DNA of 64,000 nucleotides from Candidatus Woesearchaeota archaeon (lineage in GTDB: Archaea > Nanobdellota > Nanobdellia > Woesearchaeales > 0-14-0-80-44-23), in assembly GCA_038874135.1 (NCBI GenBank), contig JAVZCZ010000001.1, positions 751,219 through 815,218 on the forward strand. The letters run 5' to 3'. Each line of letters begins with the position of its first letter. Position 1 is the first letter of the stretch. Of the stretch, positions 35,339 to 44,766 are shown one piece after another. Position numbers and translations under genes: made by a program. The notes beneath the pieces are model-generated. The model was not told the origin of the DNA, searched no databases, and worked only from the letters and a program-made list of their open reading frames with translations.

Positions 35339-37869
35339 TTTATTCCGTTCAATATTTTCAGCATTTCTTCCTTATTTCTTGCTTTTCTTAATCTTGCCGC
35401 TAAATTCCTATCCCTAATCTCGTCCCTTATCCAATCTGCAAGATCGTTCCTTTCAAAATTGACATGGTAGTTGAAAGTGTCAGAGTCGGCATATTTAATC
35501 TCCCTTTTGAGTTCTTCTATACTTCTAACAACTCTCCCATTGTAAAGATGCAGGGGATTTATTTTAAGTCCGCATTCACTTTTGGGCTGATTTGAGCTTT
35601 TCAATTCTTTTTCTTCTCCACTCTTAACTTGGCTTCTTATTTCTTCTAACCTTTTTATTCTACTTCTCAACTCTTCAGCTTCCTCTGGAGAAAGATCTCT
35701 TGGATCTATGCTTTTTAACTCTTCAAGCACAGAATCAACATTCTGTACATCTTCTTTTTCTTCCAGCAAGCCTTCTTCTCCGCTGAATTCATCTTCATAA
35801 AAAGTTTCCTTTCCCATTCTGAAATAATAAAATGCAAGAGCCGTCACAATAAAAACACCCATCACTATTCCAACATATTTTGAACTGCTTCTTAAAGTTT
35901 CAAAAACAGAATATCCGCTTATATTGTTTTTTTCATAAGTCGGCTTTTTAAGTAGGACTGATTTTATACTTCCCAAATCGCTTTCTGATACTTTAGAGTT
36001 TACTACGAACTTGATAACATTTTCTTTTCCATTTGTGGGGAAGCCTATTATAGGGTCACTTTGGATTATTGTGTAGCCCTTGCTTATGAAGCGAAGTTTA
36101 GATACATCTTCTGCAATGTTTTTCGGAATCAGCATTACAATTGAGGAGTTGTTTTCTTCCTTATCTAAAATGAGTTTATCTTCAATAAATGTGATATGCT
36201 CAGTGGAGCCCTCATATATTATGCTTACAAGCCTTCCGGAAATCAACTGCTTAACTCCTTCCTGTTCAGAGCTGACCTTCTTTATATAGTCTAAGTCTCC
36301 AGAATTTTGCGGGTAAGTCTTTGAAATGGCAGACACCACATCTTCGTTGTTTGCCCTTACTTCAACTTCTGAGTAGTTCGTTAATTCTAAACTTAGAGGA
36401 ACAGCACTTAGCAGCGATCTTAATGCTATCTTCTGCCTTGAAACCTCAGAAAGTATGTCTTCATCTTTTGAAGTGCTCGTTCTTAACCCTTTCAATTCTG
36501 AGATTACTCCTTCAAGTCTCATCAATGAGTTTTGCGCCTCTTCTAATAAGCCGGTTGCATCCAGAATTTCTGAAGGGATTTCTTGCATTTTTTGGATTCT
36601 CTTCTGAATTTCCACCTTAGCAGCTTCTGCAGAGCTTATCGCTTCGCCTATACTCCTTATTGTTTGCGGGGAAAGTTCAGAATCAACATCACTTTTAACA
36701 GCTATCGCACTTACCTCATTAGAAAGCCCGCCTTCATTTCCAGCCAGGTCAACTGCTGATACTGCGTAGTAATATGTTTTTCCTTCCGCTACATTTCTAT
36801 CAACATAATATGTTTCACTAGTCTTATCGTAGTAATCCAGATAGCTTACTCCAGTTGAAGAGCTTCTATATATTCTAAATTCTGATATGTTATCCCCTTC
36901 AAATCTTATACTTAAATTTATCTTACCATCTTTTTGAGATGAAGCGCTTAGGATTGGCGCTTCAGGTGCTACTGTATCTATTATGAAAAGTTTTCCAGAA
37001 GTTATTAGGTCCCCACTTGTGCCATAGTAATCAGTACCCCTGAATGAAAAAGAGCCTATCTTGTTTCCCATACCCTTATCAATTATGAGATACCCGCGCC
37101 AAACCCTTCCAGAACCGACTAGGTCTATACTTTTTATGTTATCATCCACCTTATATGTTAATATTGGCGTTGGTACTAATTCAGTTGAAGCTGTTAGAGT
37201 AACCTCATACAGCCCATCCTTCAATGGTGGATTTTTTGAGAGCGAAATCTGAGCATAGACTGGACTTCTCACATAAAAGTTTATAACTTGTTCAACCTTG
37301 TTTCCAACAGAATCAAAACATCTTATCAGGTATGACTTTGGGCCTTGAGATAGTCCTGAGAGGATAGTTTGATGGCTGAAACCATCTGCACTTTCCAGTT
37401 GCCTTTTTACTCCTGAAGATTCGTAGGAACAGTTAGCCCTTTCATTAGTCGCAACGAACATCATAACATAATCTGTGCTTATTGAGCCAGAAGGCCCGCT
37501 TCCCACTATTAAGGGGGGTGTAGTGTCTACTGTAAAATTAATTAGAATCGGAGTGCTGCTCTCATTGTTTAAGTTGGTGCAGACGGCATAGAATTCATAG
37601 TAATCGTCTTCCAAGCTTAGGTTCAGCCAGTGTTCTGTGTCGTTACCCTGCATAAGATTTTCCATCTGTGAATATGTAACATTGTTTTCTGATATTCTGC
37701 AGAGAGCACTCTCGTTTGTTATTGTGAGAAGATTAACATTTTTATTATTGGTGTCTGCTGTTGGTGCATATGCAACTATCTTTGGAGCGGCAAGAGTGGA
37801 TGTTGCACACGCTATTGTGATAATCAGGATTATTATGTTCTCCTTCCACGAGATGTGATAATTTTTCAT
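35335..37869 (-). CDS. 844-aa bitopic surface receptor: signal peptide, Ig/FN3-like ectodomain, TM helix, cytoplasmic coiled-coil plus C-terminal HVNFERND-type adaptor domain
   Basis: The signal peptide is MKNYHISWKENIIILIITIACATSTLAAP. The TM helix is YVGIVMGVFIVTALAFYYF. The C-terminus LHLYNGRVVRSIEELKREIKYADSDTFNYHVNFERNDLADWIRDEIRDRNLAARL matches gene 26656..27150. Confidence 0.8.
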   Translation of the reverse strand: MKNYHISWKENIIILIITIACATSTLAAPKIVAYAPTADTNNKNVNLLTITNESALCRISENNVTYSQMENLMQGNDTEHWLNLSLEDDYYEFYAVCTNLNNESSTPILINFTVDTTPPLIVGSGPSGSISTDYVMMFVATNERANCSYESSGVKRQLESADGFSHQTILSGLSQGPKSYLIRCFDSVGNKVEQVINFYVRSPVYAQISLSKNPPLKDGLYEVTLTASTELVPTPILTYKVDDNIKSIDLVGSGRVWRGYLIIDKGMGNKIGSFSFRGTDYYGTSGDLITSGKLFIIDTVAPEAPILSASSQKDGKINLSIRFEGDNISEFRIYRSSSTGVSYLDYYDKTSETYYVDRNVAEGKTYYYAVSAVDLAGNEGGLSNEVSAIAVKSDVDSELSPQTIRSIGEAISSAEAAKVEIQKRIQKMQEIPSEILDATGLLEEAQNSLMRLEGVISELKGLRTSTSKDEDILSEVSRQKIALRSLLSAVPLSLELTNYSEVEVRANNEDVVSAISKTYPQNSGDLDYIKKVSSEQEGVKQLISGRLVSIIYEGSTEHITFIEDKLILDKEENNSSIVMLIPKNIAEDVSKLRFISKGYTIIQSDPIIGFPTNGKENVIKFVVNSKVSESDLGSIKSVLLKKPTYEKNNISGYSVFETLRSSSKYVGIVMGVFIVTALAFYYFRMGKETFYEDEFSGEEGLLEEKEDVQNVDSVLEELKSIDPRDLSPEEAEELRSRIKRLEEIRSQVKSGEEKELKSSNQPKSECGLKINPLHLYNGRVVRSIEELKREIKYADSDTFNYHVNFERNDLADWIRDEIRDRNLAARLRKARNKEEMLKILNGIK

Positions 37870-37870
37870 G

Positions 37871-38026
37871 TTAAAGCTTTATCTTTGAGACAAGGTTGTT
37901 GTCTCTTTTTACTGCCTCTTCAATTGCCTTTTGCAGGTATTCTTTTAGGGTTGTGTTCTTGAGAAAGGCGATGACCTTAGCTTTTGTGTGCAGGTCCTCG
38001 CTTAGGTCTAGATTTATCTTTTTCAT
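37871..38026 (-). CDS. Unannotated 51-aa ribbon-helix-helix protein at the head of the minus-strand receptor operon
   Basis: Reverse-strand translation gives MKKINLDLSEDLHTKAKVIAFLKNTTLKEYLQKAIEEAVKRDNNLVSKIKL. This is a beta-strand (KINLDL) plus two helices, as in CopG/Arc. It lies 1 nt upstream of the 844-aa gene's ATG, with an AT-rich promoter-like region upstream (38027-38191). It is absent from the ORF track because it is under 60 aa. Confidence 0.6.
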   Translation of the reverse strand: MKKINLDLSEDLHTKAKVIAFLKNTTLKEYLQKAIEEAVKRDNNLVSKIKL

Positions 38027-38191
38027 TTTCAGCCGCTCCTCGGAAATTCCCGAATTACTTTAATTACTTCAATTGTTAAAAGAATTTAAATAGTTTTCTA
38101 TATTAAAATTATAAAAGTTATAAAAATTATTTAACTAATCTTAACAACTTAAACTATAAAAATAATATATATAAGAATTGAAAATGGTTTT
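38027..38191 (-). promoter_or_regulatory. AT-rich promoter region for the minus-strand RHH-receptor operon
   Basis: It is ~85% A+T with several TATA-like runs, and lies immediately upstream of the 51-aa RHH ORF. Confidence 0.4.
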
Positions 38192-39928
38192 TTAGTAAGC
38201 GTATTCTTCTTTCTTCTTCCTTCTCTTAAAGAAGGCTATCACTATCAACACTATCAGTACCGCTATTGCAATGGGAAGCCCATAGGTTGTAGCATAATAC
38301 ACATAATCAAATCCTGCTTCTTTCATTGGGAACTTGGCTGTCTTAAACTTCACTAGAGCATCTTGCCGCTCTCCGTAGTAAGCATTAACTGTTATCTGAG
38401 AATTTTCATTTATGTCACCTTCAGTAAGCTTCTCAGGTGCGTAAACCTCTATCTTTCTCTTTTCTCCAGGCAGCAGTGCAAAGGCGCCTTTTGAGGAGAT
38501 CGTAGTGGGTATTCCATTAATTATTACATCCGGAAGCTCTACACTCACATAAGCCTTAACCCTTCCAATGTTCTCTATCTCAACCAGGAATGCACCCGTT
38601 CGCGCATTATACTCTAAGTTGGTTATGTTGATATCTGAGTTGTCCATAACTTCAATTACTGATATTACAACTGTTGCCTGAAGCACTTTTTCCAATGACT
38701 TTTTAGACTCGCCATACAGCGTGTAAAGGCTAGCACTTATATTTCCCTGCAATCTTTCAGAAACTGGATATGTCACTGTCTTCTTTGAATTCCCATCTAT
38801 AAAGACAGCTTCAGAATCTCCAACACTAACCCTATTGCCATTTTCGTCACTTAGGATGATAGTTCCCTTAAAGTAAGCTGCTTGGGGTTTTGGATTTGAG
38901 TATGTGACCTCTAACCTCTGAGTTGCTCTATTGTAAGTTATCTGAAATAGTTCAAGCTGCAGCTCATATTTGGGAAGATAAAAGAGATCCAGCCCTTCTA
39001 CCTGTGCTATTGCGCCCTGAGGATTTCTAGCTCCTTGAGCAAACTTTACAAACACGCTCAGCCCAAGGTTTCTTCTAAGCGTAGTTGCAGTTCCAACCAG
39101 CTCATTTCCTATGAGGACTGCAAACTTTATACCGCTCTTCTTTACAAACTCGCTTACAACATCTGGAACATTGTTTGAACCTATGAATATTACCGGCTCA
39201 ACCCCGCTCATTATCTCTTTTTCTATGAACTCTCCATTTGTGAATATGACCTGCTTTTTGTCAGATATTGCAAGATATCTCTTTTGTATTTCTATGTTGT
39301 TCTCAAAGCGGTCGCCTTCCTTGTTTATCACTTCAGGATTGTATTTCTGGAAGGTGGAAAGCACGCTCCTATCCACATTTCCATAAATTATTATCTTATC
39401 AACTCTTCGCGAGGATAGAAGAGCATCTACTCTGCCCACATTTCTGCTGTTCACAAATAAGACATACCAGCCGTCCAAAACAGCATATGGTGCCACAGAT
39501 ATGGCATTATAGCCATACGAATCATCTATTATTATAAACTTGGTAATCTGCGGGAGGTTGTTTTTTAGCAAATCTAAGTTTACATCCGAATATGAAAGCT
39601 CTTCTGCATTGAAACCACGCGCCTCAACAATAGCCCTATACCCAACAACATATGGAACTTTTGAGGAGCTGATTATCTGAATGTTCTTCTTATTTGGATC
39701 TATCGTATTCAAAAGAAGAGGGCCCGCCTTGCTGCTTACTAAAAAGCCGTTATCAGCTTTTATCAGGTTGGCGTATAAAAGCGTTGAATAAACATCTCGC
39801 CAGTCCTGCGAATTGGCTATTACATAATCCGGAGTAAGCGCTTGAACCCCCCTTGCTATGAGTATTCCAGCAATAATGAGAATTATTCCAAAAGCCAACC
39901 TGCTCCTCTTCATAAGTTTCCACCCCAA
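38192..39928 (-). CDS. 578-aa secreted protein with N-terminal anchor, three ~45-aa repeats (cell-wall-binding-like?), beta-sandwich domains, C-terminal TM helix and basic tail (KRRKKKEEYAY)
   Basis: The N-terminal hydrophobic segment is LAFGIILIIAGILIA. Repeats are VIANSQDWRDVYSTLLYANL, ISVAPYAVLDGWYVLFVNSRNVG and VIFIGSNNVPDVVSEFVKKSG. The C-terminus is LPIAIAVLIVLIVIAFFKRRKKK. The family is uncertain. Confidence 0.7.
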   Translation of the reverse strand: MGWKLMKRSRLAFGIILIIAGILIARGVQALTPDYVIANSQDWRDVYSTLLYANLIKADNGFLVSSKAGPLLLNTIDPNKKNIQIISSSKVPYVVGYRAIVEARGFNAEELSYSDVNLDLLKNNLPQITKFIIIDDSYGYNAISVAPYAVLDGWYVLFVNSRNVGRVDALLSSRRVDKIIIYGNVDRSVLSTFQKYNPEVINKEGDRFENNIEIQKRYLAISDKKQVIFTNGEFIEKEIMSGVEPVIFIGSNNVPDVVSEFVKKSGIKFAVLIGNELVGTATTLRRNLGLSVFVKFAQGARNPQGAIAQVEGLDLFYLPKYELQLELFQITYNRATQRLEVTYSNPKPQAAYFKGTIILSDENGNRVSVGDSEAVFIDGNSKKTVTYPVSERLQGNISASLYTLYGESKKSLEKVLQATVVISVIEVMDNSDINITNLEYNARTGAFLVEIENIGRVKAYVSVELPDVIINGIPTTISSKGAFALLPGEKRKIEVYAPEKLTEGDINENSQITVNAYYGERQDALVKFKTAKFPMKEAGFDYVYYATTYGLPIAIAVLIVLIVIAFFKRRKKKEEYAY

Positions 39929-39963
39929 AATGAATACTTTTAAGTATTAATGCGGAGCTTTTT

Positions 39964-41112
39964 TTAAATCTTTTGCCCTATTACCCTCTTGTTTTCAGGC
40001 AAGTCCTCTGAGCAGTAGTAGTCAGCCAGCTGGAATAATGCCTTAAAAATAAATAGGACAGCTAATATGTTGAAAAGCACAATTAATGCTAATGGAATCT
40101 GCATGCTGGCAAGGTCAGCGTTTGAGATGTAGATTGAAATTGCTAGTGCTGCAATGCCTAAATTCTTTACTAAAACACCATCTGAAAGCAGCAATAGTGC
40201 TGATAATAACAGGGGAAACAGCACTCCACCAAGGCGAACTAGCAGGTAAGCAGAGCTGCTGTTGCATGTAACTTTTGTAAAGAAGTGCTCATTTGCGTCT
40301 GAACTAAATATTACTGACTCACAAGAGCAGTTAAGAGCTAAGCCGACCAATCCGTGTCCCAGCTCATGAACTGCTATCGTGCTTGCAAAAAGAAATGTTA
40401 ACATTGAAATCATAAAAAAGAGGTAGTGTACGAATCTAAGAGAATTTTTACTAAGTCCCTCTTCAAATTTTTTTCCTTCACTTCTTTCAGCATCCTTAAA
40501 CTCAACTAATCCTCCAGAATTTCTAATTAGAACCATGAGTGCAGCGCATAGAAAAATCAAGGGAGCAAACCAGAATTTTCCTACTAAAATTCTTAGTGAA
40601 GAAAACAAAGATATTACGCTGCCCAGCAGCCCGTACAAAGCAATTAAAAGCCAAGCCTCTGAAATCGCCTTATGCGAGCTAGTGTATTTTGGATTATGAG
40701 CAATTCTGAGCATCACTCCCAAGAGCATGAGCAGGAGAAAAGATAGCAGGTTTAGTATGAATAAGAATGATCCGGGAATTATAGCCATTCCAACAGCGGC
40801 CATGCTGAAAATCGTCATAAACAAAATTATCCGCTTGTCTCCAGCAAGCAGGTAAGCTATATAGGATAAGAGTGCTGCTAGGGGAGTGATAAAAGCAGAG
40901 CCTGCTAGGATGAGTTCCAGCTCAGAAGGTTTGACATGGCTGAAAGCCCAGAAAATGTTTAGAACGCCGGAAGCAAGGTAGAATCCTGAGAGAAAGATAA
41001 AACTCCAAACGAGCCTTCTCCCCTCTTCTTTGTTTATCCTTGCAGTGAGAATCCAGCAGAGCAGGGTAGCTAAAAAAAAGAACACCGCATTTACAATAAG
41101 TATTTCTTCCAT
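39964..41112 (-). CDS. Polytopic membrane zinc metalloprotease, site-2-protease (M50)-like; start trimmed to the internal ATG
   Basis: It has multiple TM helices. HELGH sits inside a hydrophobic segment (TIAVHELGHGLVGLAL), and a later LLSDGVL block resembles the S2P LDG motif. The track's start at 41187 adds a non-hydrophobic, Cys-rich extension that is probably untranslated. Confidence 0.55.
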   Translation of the reverse strand: MEEILIVNAVFFFLATLLCWILTARINKEEGRRLVWSFIFLSGFYLASGVLNIFWAFSHVKPSELELILAGSAFITPLAALLSYIAYLLAGDKRIILFMTIFSMAAVGMAIIPGSFLFILNLLSFLLLMLLGVMLRIAHNPKYTSSHKAISEAWLLIALYGLLGSVISLFSSLRILVGKFWFAPLIFLCAALMVLIRNSGGLVEFKDAERSEGKKFEEGLSKNSLRFVHYLFFMISMLTFLFASTIAVHELGHGLVGLALNCSCESVIFSSDANEHFFTKVTCNSSSAYLLVRLGGVLFPLLLSALLLLSDGVLVKNLGIAALAISIYISNADLASMQIPLALIVLFNILAVLFIFKALFQLADYYCSEDLPENKRVIGQKI

Positions 41113-41204
41113 AAAATGTATTTGGCACTTGCACTTTATAAAATTGCGCCTCTCAATTTGTTTTAACCTAAAAATATAAAAGAGCACAACTATTTACTTA
41201 GTTT

Positions 41205-42263
41205 ATGAAGAGCAGAGAAGGAGCCTGCTTTATGCGAGCCGAAGTTAGTATAGAAGATCCGGAATTCTACATAAAGCAGGCGTTTTTAAACGCTCGCAAA
41301 GCCCTCTCTCAGAAGGAAAAGAAAAGGAAAAAGTCTAAATCAGGATTCTTCTCAGCTAAGCGGAGATATGCAGATAGGATAACTTTGTTTCAGCAGTTTT
41401 TCAAAGAGCGCTTCTCAGAGATTATAGGAGCATTTCCGGAGTTGTGGCGGCTTTCTCCATTTTATAGAGAGCTTACTAATATAACATTTGGGGTTGACGA
41501 GTTCAAAAACGCGCTCGGCTCGCTCTCCTGGACAATCTCTAAGATTAACGGGCTTTCAAGTCAGTATAGGATTAAGATTTTATCTGCGGACAACTTAGAA
41601 GAAGCTCGCAATTTGATGAGGGAGTATGAAGGGAGAATCTCCTCGCTGCTGAGGGAGTTAAGCCCAGCTCTGAACTTCTTGAGAACTGCTAAGGAAGAAA
41701 TAAGGAATTATCCAATAGTTAGGCAGGACACCTTCACTGTTGCAATAGCTGGCTTTCCAAATGTTGGCAAGTCCACACTTCTCTCAAAACTAACAAAATC
41801 GCGCCCGGACATAGCGCCATACCCATTCACTACTAAATCTCTTCTATTAGGGTATGCCAGCGCCTTTGACTTTGCAAGCTCAGACATTCAGATAATAGAC
41901 ACGCCGGGAACTTTGGACAGGCCTGAGAAGATGAACAGCATAGAAAAGCAGGCATATTCTGCAATGAGAAACCTTGCTAATCTGATAGTTTATGTTTTTG
42001 ACCCAACGCTCCAATACCCTTTACAACTTCAAGAACAGCTCCTTTCAGAGATAACCACCTTCGGAAAGCCGGTGATAATTTACATAAGTAAGACTGACAT
42101 TCAAAGTGAGGAAGTAGTGAGAACTGTTGAAGAAATAAAAAACAAGCACAATTCTTTTACAAATTCAGAAGAGCTGGCTTCAGAACTTAGAAGGATTGCT
42201 AGAGAGTATTACGCTAAGCTTAAGGCTCAAAAGTTTGGAAACAAAAATAAAGGCTCAAACTAA
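41205..42263 (+). CDS. NOG1-family GTP-binding protein (archaeal Nog1/Obg-class GTPase); the start could be the internal ATG at 41232
   Basis: G1 is AIAGFPNVGKSTLLSKLT, G3 is DTPG and G4 is SKTD. The N-terminal helical region is typical of the NOG1 N-terminal domain. Confidence 0.8.
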   Translation: MKSREGACFMRAEVSIEDPEFYIKQAFLNARKALSQKEKKRKKSKSGFFSAKRRYADRITLFQQFFKERFSEIIGAFPELWRLSPFYRELTNITFGVDEFKNALGSLSWTISKINGLSSQYRIKILSADNLEEARNLMREYEGRISSLLRELSPALNFLRTAKEEIRNYPIVRQDTFTVAIAGFPNVGKSTLLSKLTKSRPDIAPYPFTTKSLLLGYASAFDFASSDIQIIDTPGTLDRPEKMNSIEKQAYSAMRNLANLIVYVFDPTLQYPLQLQEQLLSEITTFGKPVIIYISKTDIQSEEVVRTVEEIKNKHNSFTNSEELASELRRIAREYYAKLKAQKFGNKNKGSN

Positions 42264-42279
42264 TATCTTTTTATAAGGT

Positions 42280-42585
42280 TTACTCATATGCGGTTAACTT
42301 CTTGTTCTTCGCCCTTCTAAGCTTTTCTCTTATTAGGTCAATCTTCTGGCTGCAAGTTGGGCATAGCATTATTATGTTTGAGAACTCATCTTTTCCCCCG
42401 CTGGCAATAGGAATTAGATGAAAGAAGTGGCACTCCTTCAGCCTTACGGGAGTTTTGCAGTTCGCGCATCTTAAGGTTATTTTCTGCTCGTGTCCACACT
42501 CAGAACATCTTATAATACTATTCTCCAGAAACTCTAAGATTACTGAGCGCTTCACCTGCTTGCTCATACTTAGATATACTTGCAC
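42280..42585 (-). CDS. Small HNH-type endonuclease with N-terminal zinc ribbon
   Basis: CSECGHEQKITLRCANCK forms a Cys4 ribbon. HFFHLIPIASGGKDEFSNIIMLCPTCSQK matches the HNH pattern HH..P...GG.D...N...LC..CH. Confidence 0.55.
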   Translation of the reverse strand: MQVYLSMSKQVKRSVILEFLENSIIRCSECGHEQKITLRCANCKTPVRLKECHFFHLIPIASGGKDEFSNIIMLCPTCSQKIDLIREKLRRAKNKKLTAYE

Positions 42586-42591
42586 GCCTGT

Positions 42592-44766
42592 TTAAATCTT
42601 TTTCTCCCCAATAAGCTTTGAACTCTCTTTAGTCCCATTATCTTTTTCATAATATTCCTGCTTAGAAGGGCATTCGGGATTCAGGCAGAACTTCCAAGGC
42701 CTCTTCCCCTTGTTAATTATTAGAACAATTGGCCAGGAGCACTTTTCACACTTCTCTTCGGATGGCTTAACCATTCCCTTCTGCGGAATGCTGAAAGTTG
42801 TCTTGCACTCAGGATAGCGGTCGCAGGCGATAAACCTCTTCCCCGACTTCTTTGAGAATAGTATTTTGAGGTTTCCCTCATTACAGGATGGACACTTTCC
42901 AACAGTGTTCTGACTGTGAATAGTTTTTTCATTCGCATCTTTAAGCTCAGCTCCCATCTCCTTCTCCTGTTTCTTGAACTTCAAAAGCACCTTAGTCAGG
43001 AGCTCTCGCGCTTCTTGAAGGACTTCTTCCCTCTTCTTTTTTCCTTCCATGACAAGGTCTGCTTCGTCTTCAAAATGCCTCGTAAGCTCTACATCCACTA
43101 TCTCCGGACAGTATCTTTCAAGAGTTTTTTCAGTGGTTATGCCAAGCTGAGTTGCCCTTATTGCCTGCCCTTCAATGTAGCCCCTCTTATAAAGCGTTTC
43201 AACAACAGTTGCCCTAGTTGCTTTAGTCCCCAGGTTCTTTGCAGAGAGCTCGCTAACCAGGGAAGCTGGGGAATACCTCTTAGGCGGCTGGGTCTCCTTC
43301 TCCTCAATCCTAATTGAAAGAACCTTAACCTGCTGACCCATCTCCATTTTTGGAAGCTGCGCCTCCTTGATATTAGCGTAAGGAGCATACAATTCCATCC
43401 AGCCCCTCTCACGAATTGAGAGGCCCTCGCATACAAAAGTTTCAGGACCAGATACAATTTCAGCTTTTACCCTCTCTAAAACTGCAGGATTTCCAAATGT
43501 TGCCAGAAATCTCTTAACAATCAGGTCATAAATCTTTTCAGATTCGGAGTCCAGCTTCTTAGGTGCATTTCCCGTGGGATAAATTGCAGGGTGCGCTGGA
43601 TCGGTCTTCTTTCCATTGTTGGGAGTCAGCTTTGCACTTCTTAAATCTTGGAATCCGCGCATTCCAGTAAGCTTCTCAATCAGCACAGCATAATCTCTCT
43701 GCTTTTGCAGGGATGACATTATTTCGTTGAATCCAATACTGAGAGGAAGCTGCTGAGAAGAAGTTCTTGGGTAAGATATAAGCCCCTCAGTGTATAGCGC
43801 CTGTGCAATGTCCAGACACCTTTTAGGATTAATGCCGAAGCACCTATAAGCTTCTACCTGCAGTGTAGTCAGGTCAAATGGGAAAGGTGGGCTCTTAAAA
43901 ACTTCGGAACTTTCAACCCTTGCTACAGAGCACTTGCTCCCAGAAGCGTTCTTTAGAGCAAGCTCAGCCTCTTCCTTATTCCAGAACCTATCATGCTTGT
44001 GCACAGCTTCAAAATTTTCACTTCCGACCCTGCCGTTGAGTATAACCTGCCAATATTTTTTTGGAACGAAACTACTTATCTGCTCCTCCCTGTCTACAAC
44101 TATCTTAAGCGCTGGGCCCTGCACCCTTCCTGAGCTCATCACTTTAAATGTGCCAACACTCTTTATTGCAGATGTGAGAGCTCTTGAAATGTTTATGCCG
44201 TAATAGTAATCCAACTCGTGTCTCAACAGTCCCGCTTCTGCCTGGCCCCAGTCAATTGTTGGGCTCTTGTTCTCATAGGCACGCACCAGATCCTTCTGAG
44301 TAAGTGCAGAGAACTTCATCCTGCAGCCGTCCTTCTGCTTGCAGATGAACCTTAGAACATTTAATCCAATTACTTCACCCTCTATATCGTAATCAGTGGC
44401 AACAGTGAAAAAGCTTGACTTCGCGCTTGCAGCTTCCAAAGCTTTTATGTATTTCTTAGTGTGAGCGCTTTCCTTCTTAATCTTATAAGCAGGAGCCCAC
44501 TCCACTTCAAAAACAGGATACTTCCACTTGTTACCTCCTTTTTCCATAAGCCCAAAGAGGTGGCCCACAGCGCATCCGACTAATATTTTCCTGCCGCCCC
44601 TCTCAATCTCATAATATGGAACGCCTCCCTCAGAAATCCTCTTTACAGTGCCTTCTGCCAGCGCATTAGCTATCCTGGCAGCAACTTTCGGCTTCTCAGT
44701 TATTATCAACTCGTAACCTTCGCCTAAAGCTTTTTCTCCTTCCGATTTTGAAGCCCTTCTAGCCAT
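42592..44766 (-). CDS. topA: DNA topoisomerase I/III (type IA)
   Basis: The Toprim N-terminus is LIITEKPKVAARIANAL. GHLFGL is present, followed by the Topo IA core. The C-terminal zinc ribbons are CPSCNEGNLKI...CDRYPECKTT and CEKCSWPIVL...CLNPECP. Confidence 0.9.
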   Translation of the reverse strand: MARRASKSEGEKALGEGYELIITEKPKVAARIANALAEGTVKRISEGGVPYYEIERGGRKILVGCAVGHLFGLMEKGGNKWKYPVFEVEWAPAYKIKKESAHTKKYIKALEAASAKSSFFTVATDYDIEGEVIGLNVLRFICKQKDGCRMKFSALTQKDLVRAYENKSPTIDWGQAEAGLLRHELDYYYGINISRALTSAIKSVGTFKVMSSGRVQGPALKIVVDREEQISSFVPKKYWQVILNGRVGSENFEAVHKHDRFWNKEEAELALKNASGSKCSVARVESSEVFKSPPFPFDLTTLQVEAYRCFGINPKRCLDIAQALYTEGLISYPRTSSQQLPLSIGFNEIMSSLQKQRDYAVLIEKLTGMRGFQDLRSAKLTPNNGKKTDPAHPAIYPTGNAPKKLDSESEKIYDLIVKRFLATFGNPAVLERVKAEIVSGPETFVCEGLSIRERGWMELYAPYANIKEAQLPKMEMGQQVKVLSIRIEEKETQPPKRYSPASLVSELSAKNLGTKATRATVVETLYKRGYIEGQAIRATQLGITTEKTLERYCPEIVDVELTRHFEDEADLVMEGKKKREEVLQEARELLTKVLLKFKKQEKEMGAELKDANEKTIHSQNTVGKCPSCNEGNLKILFSKKSGKRFIACDRYPECKTTFSIPQKGMVKPSEEKCEKCSWPIVLIINKGKRPWKFCLNPECPSKQEYYEKDNGTKESSKLIGEKKI

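Noticed and set aside
1-38191. Integrated mobile element or provirus accounting for the island
   Set aside because: I could not recognise an integrase, transposase, capsid or terminase gene, or flanking tRNA-associated direct repeats. The tRNA cluster is ~14 kb away from the island. A foreign origin of the two cassettes remains possible, but the island as a whole does not look like a classic integrated element.
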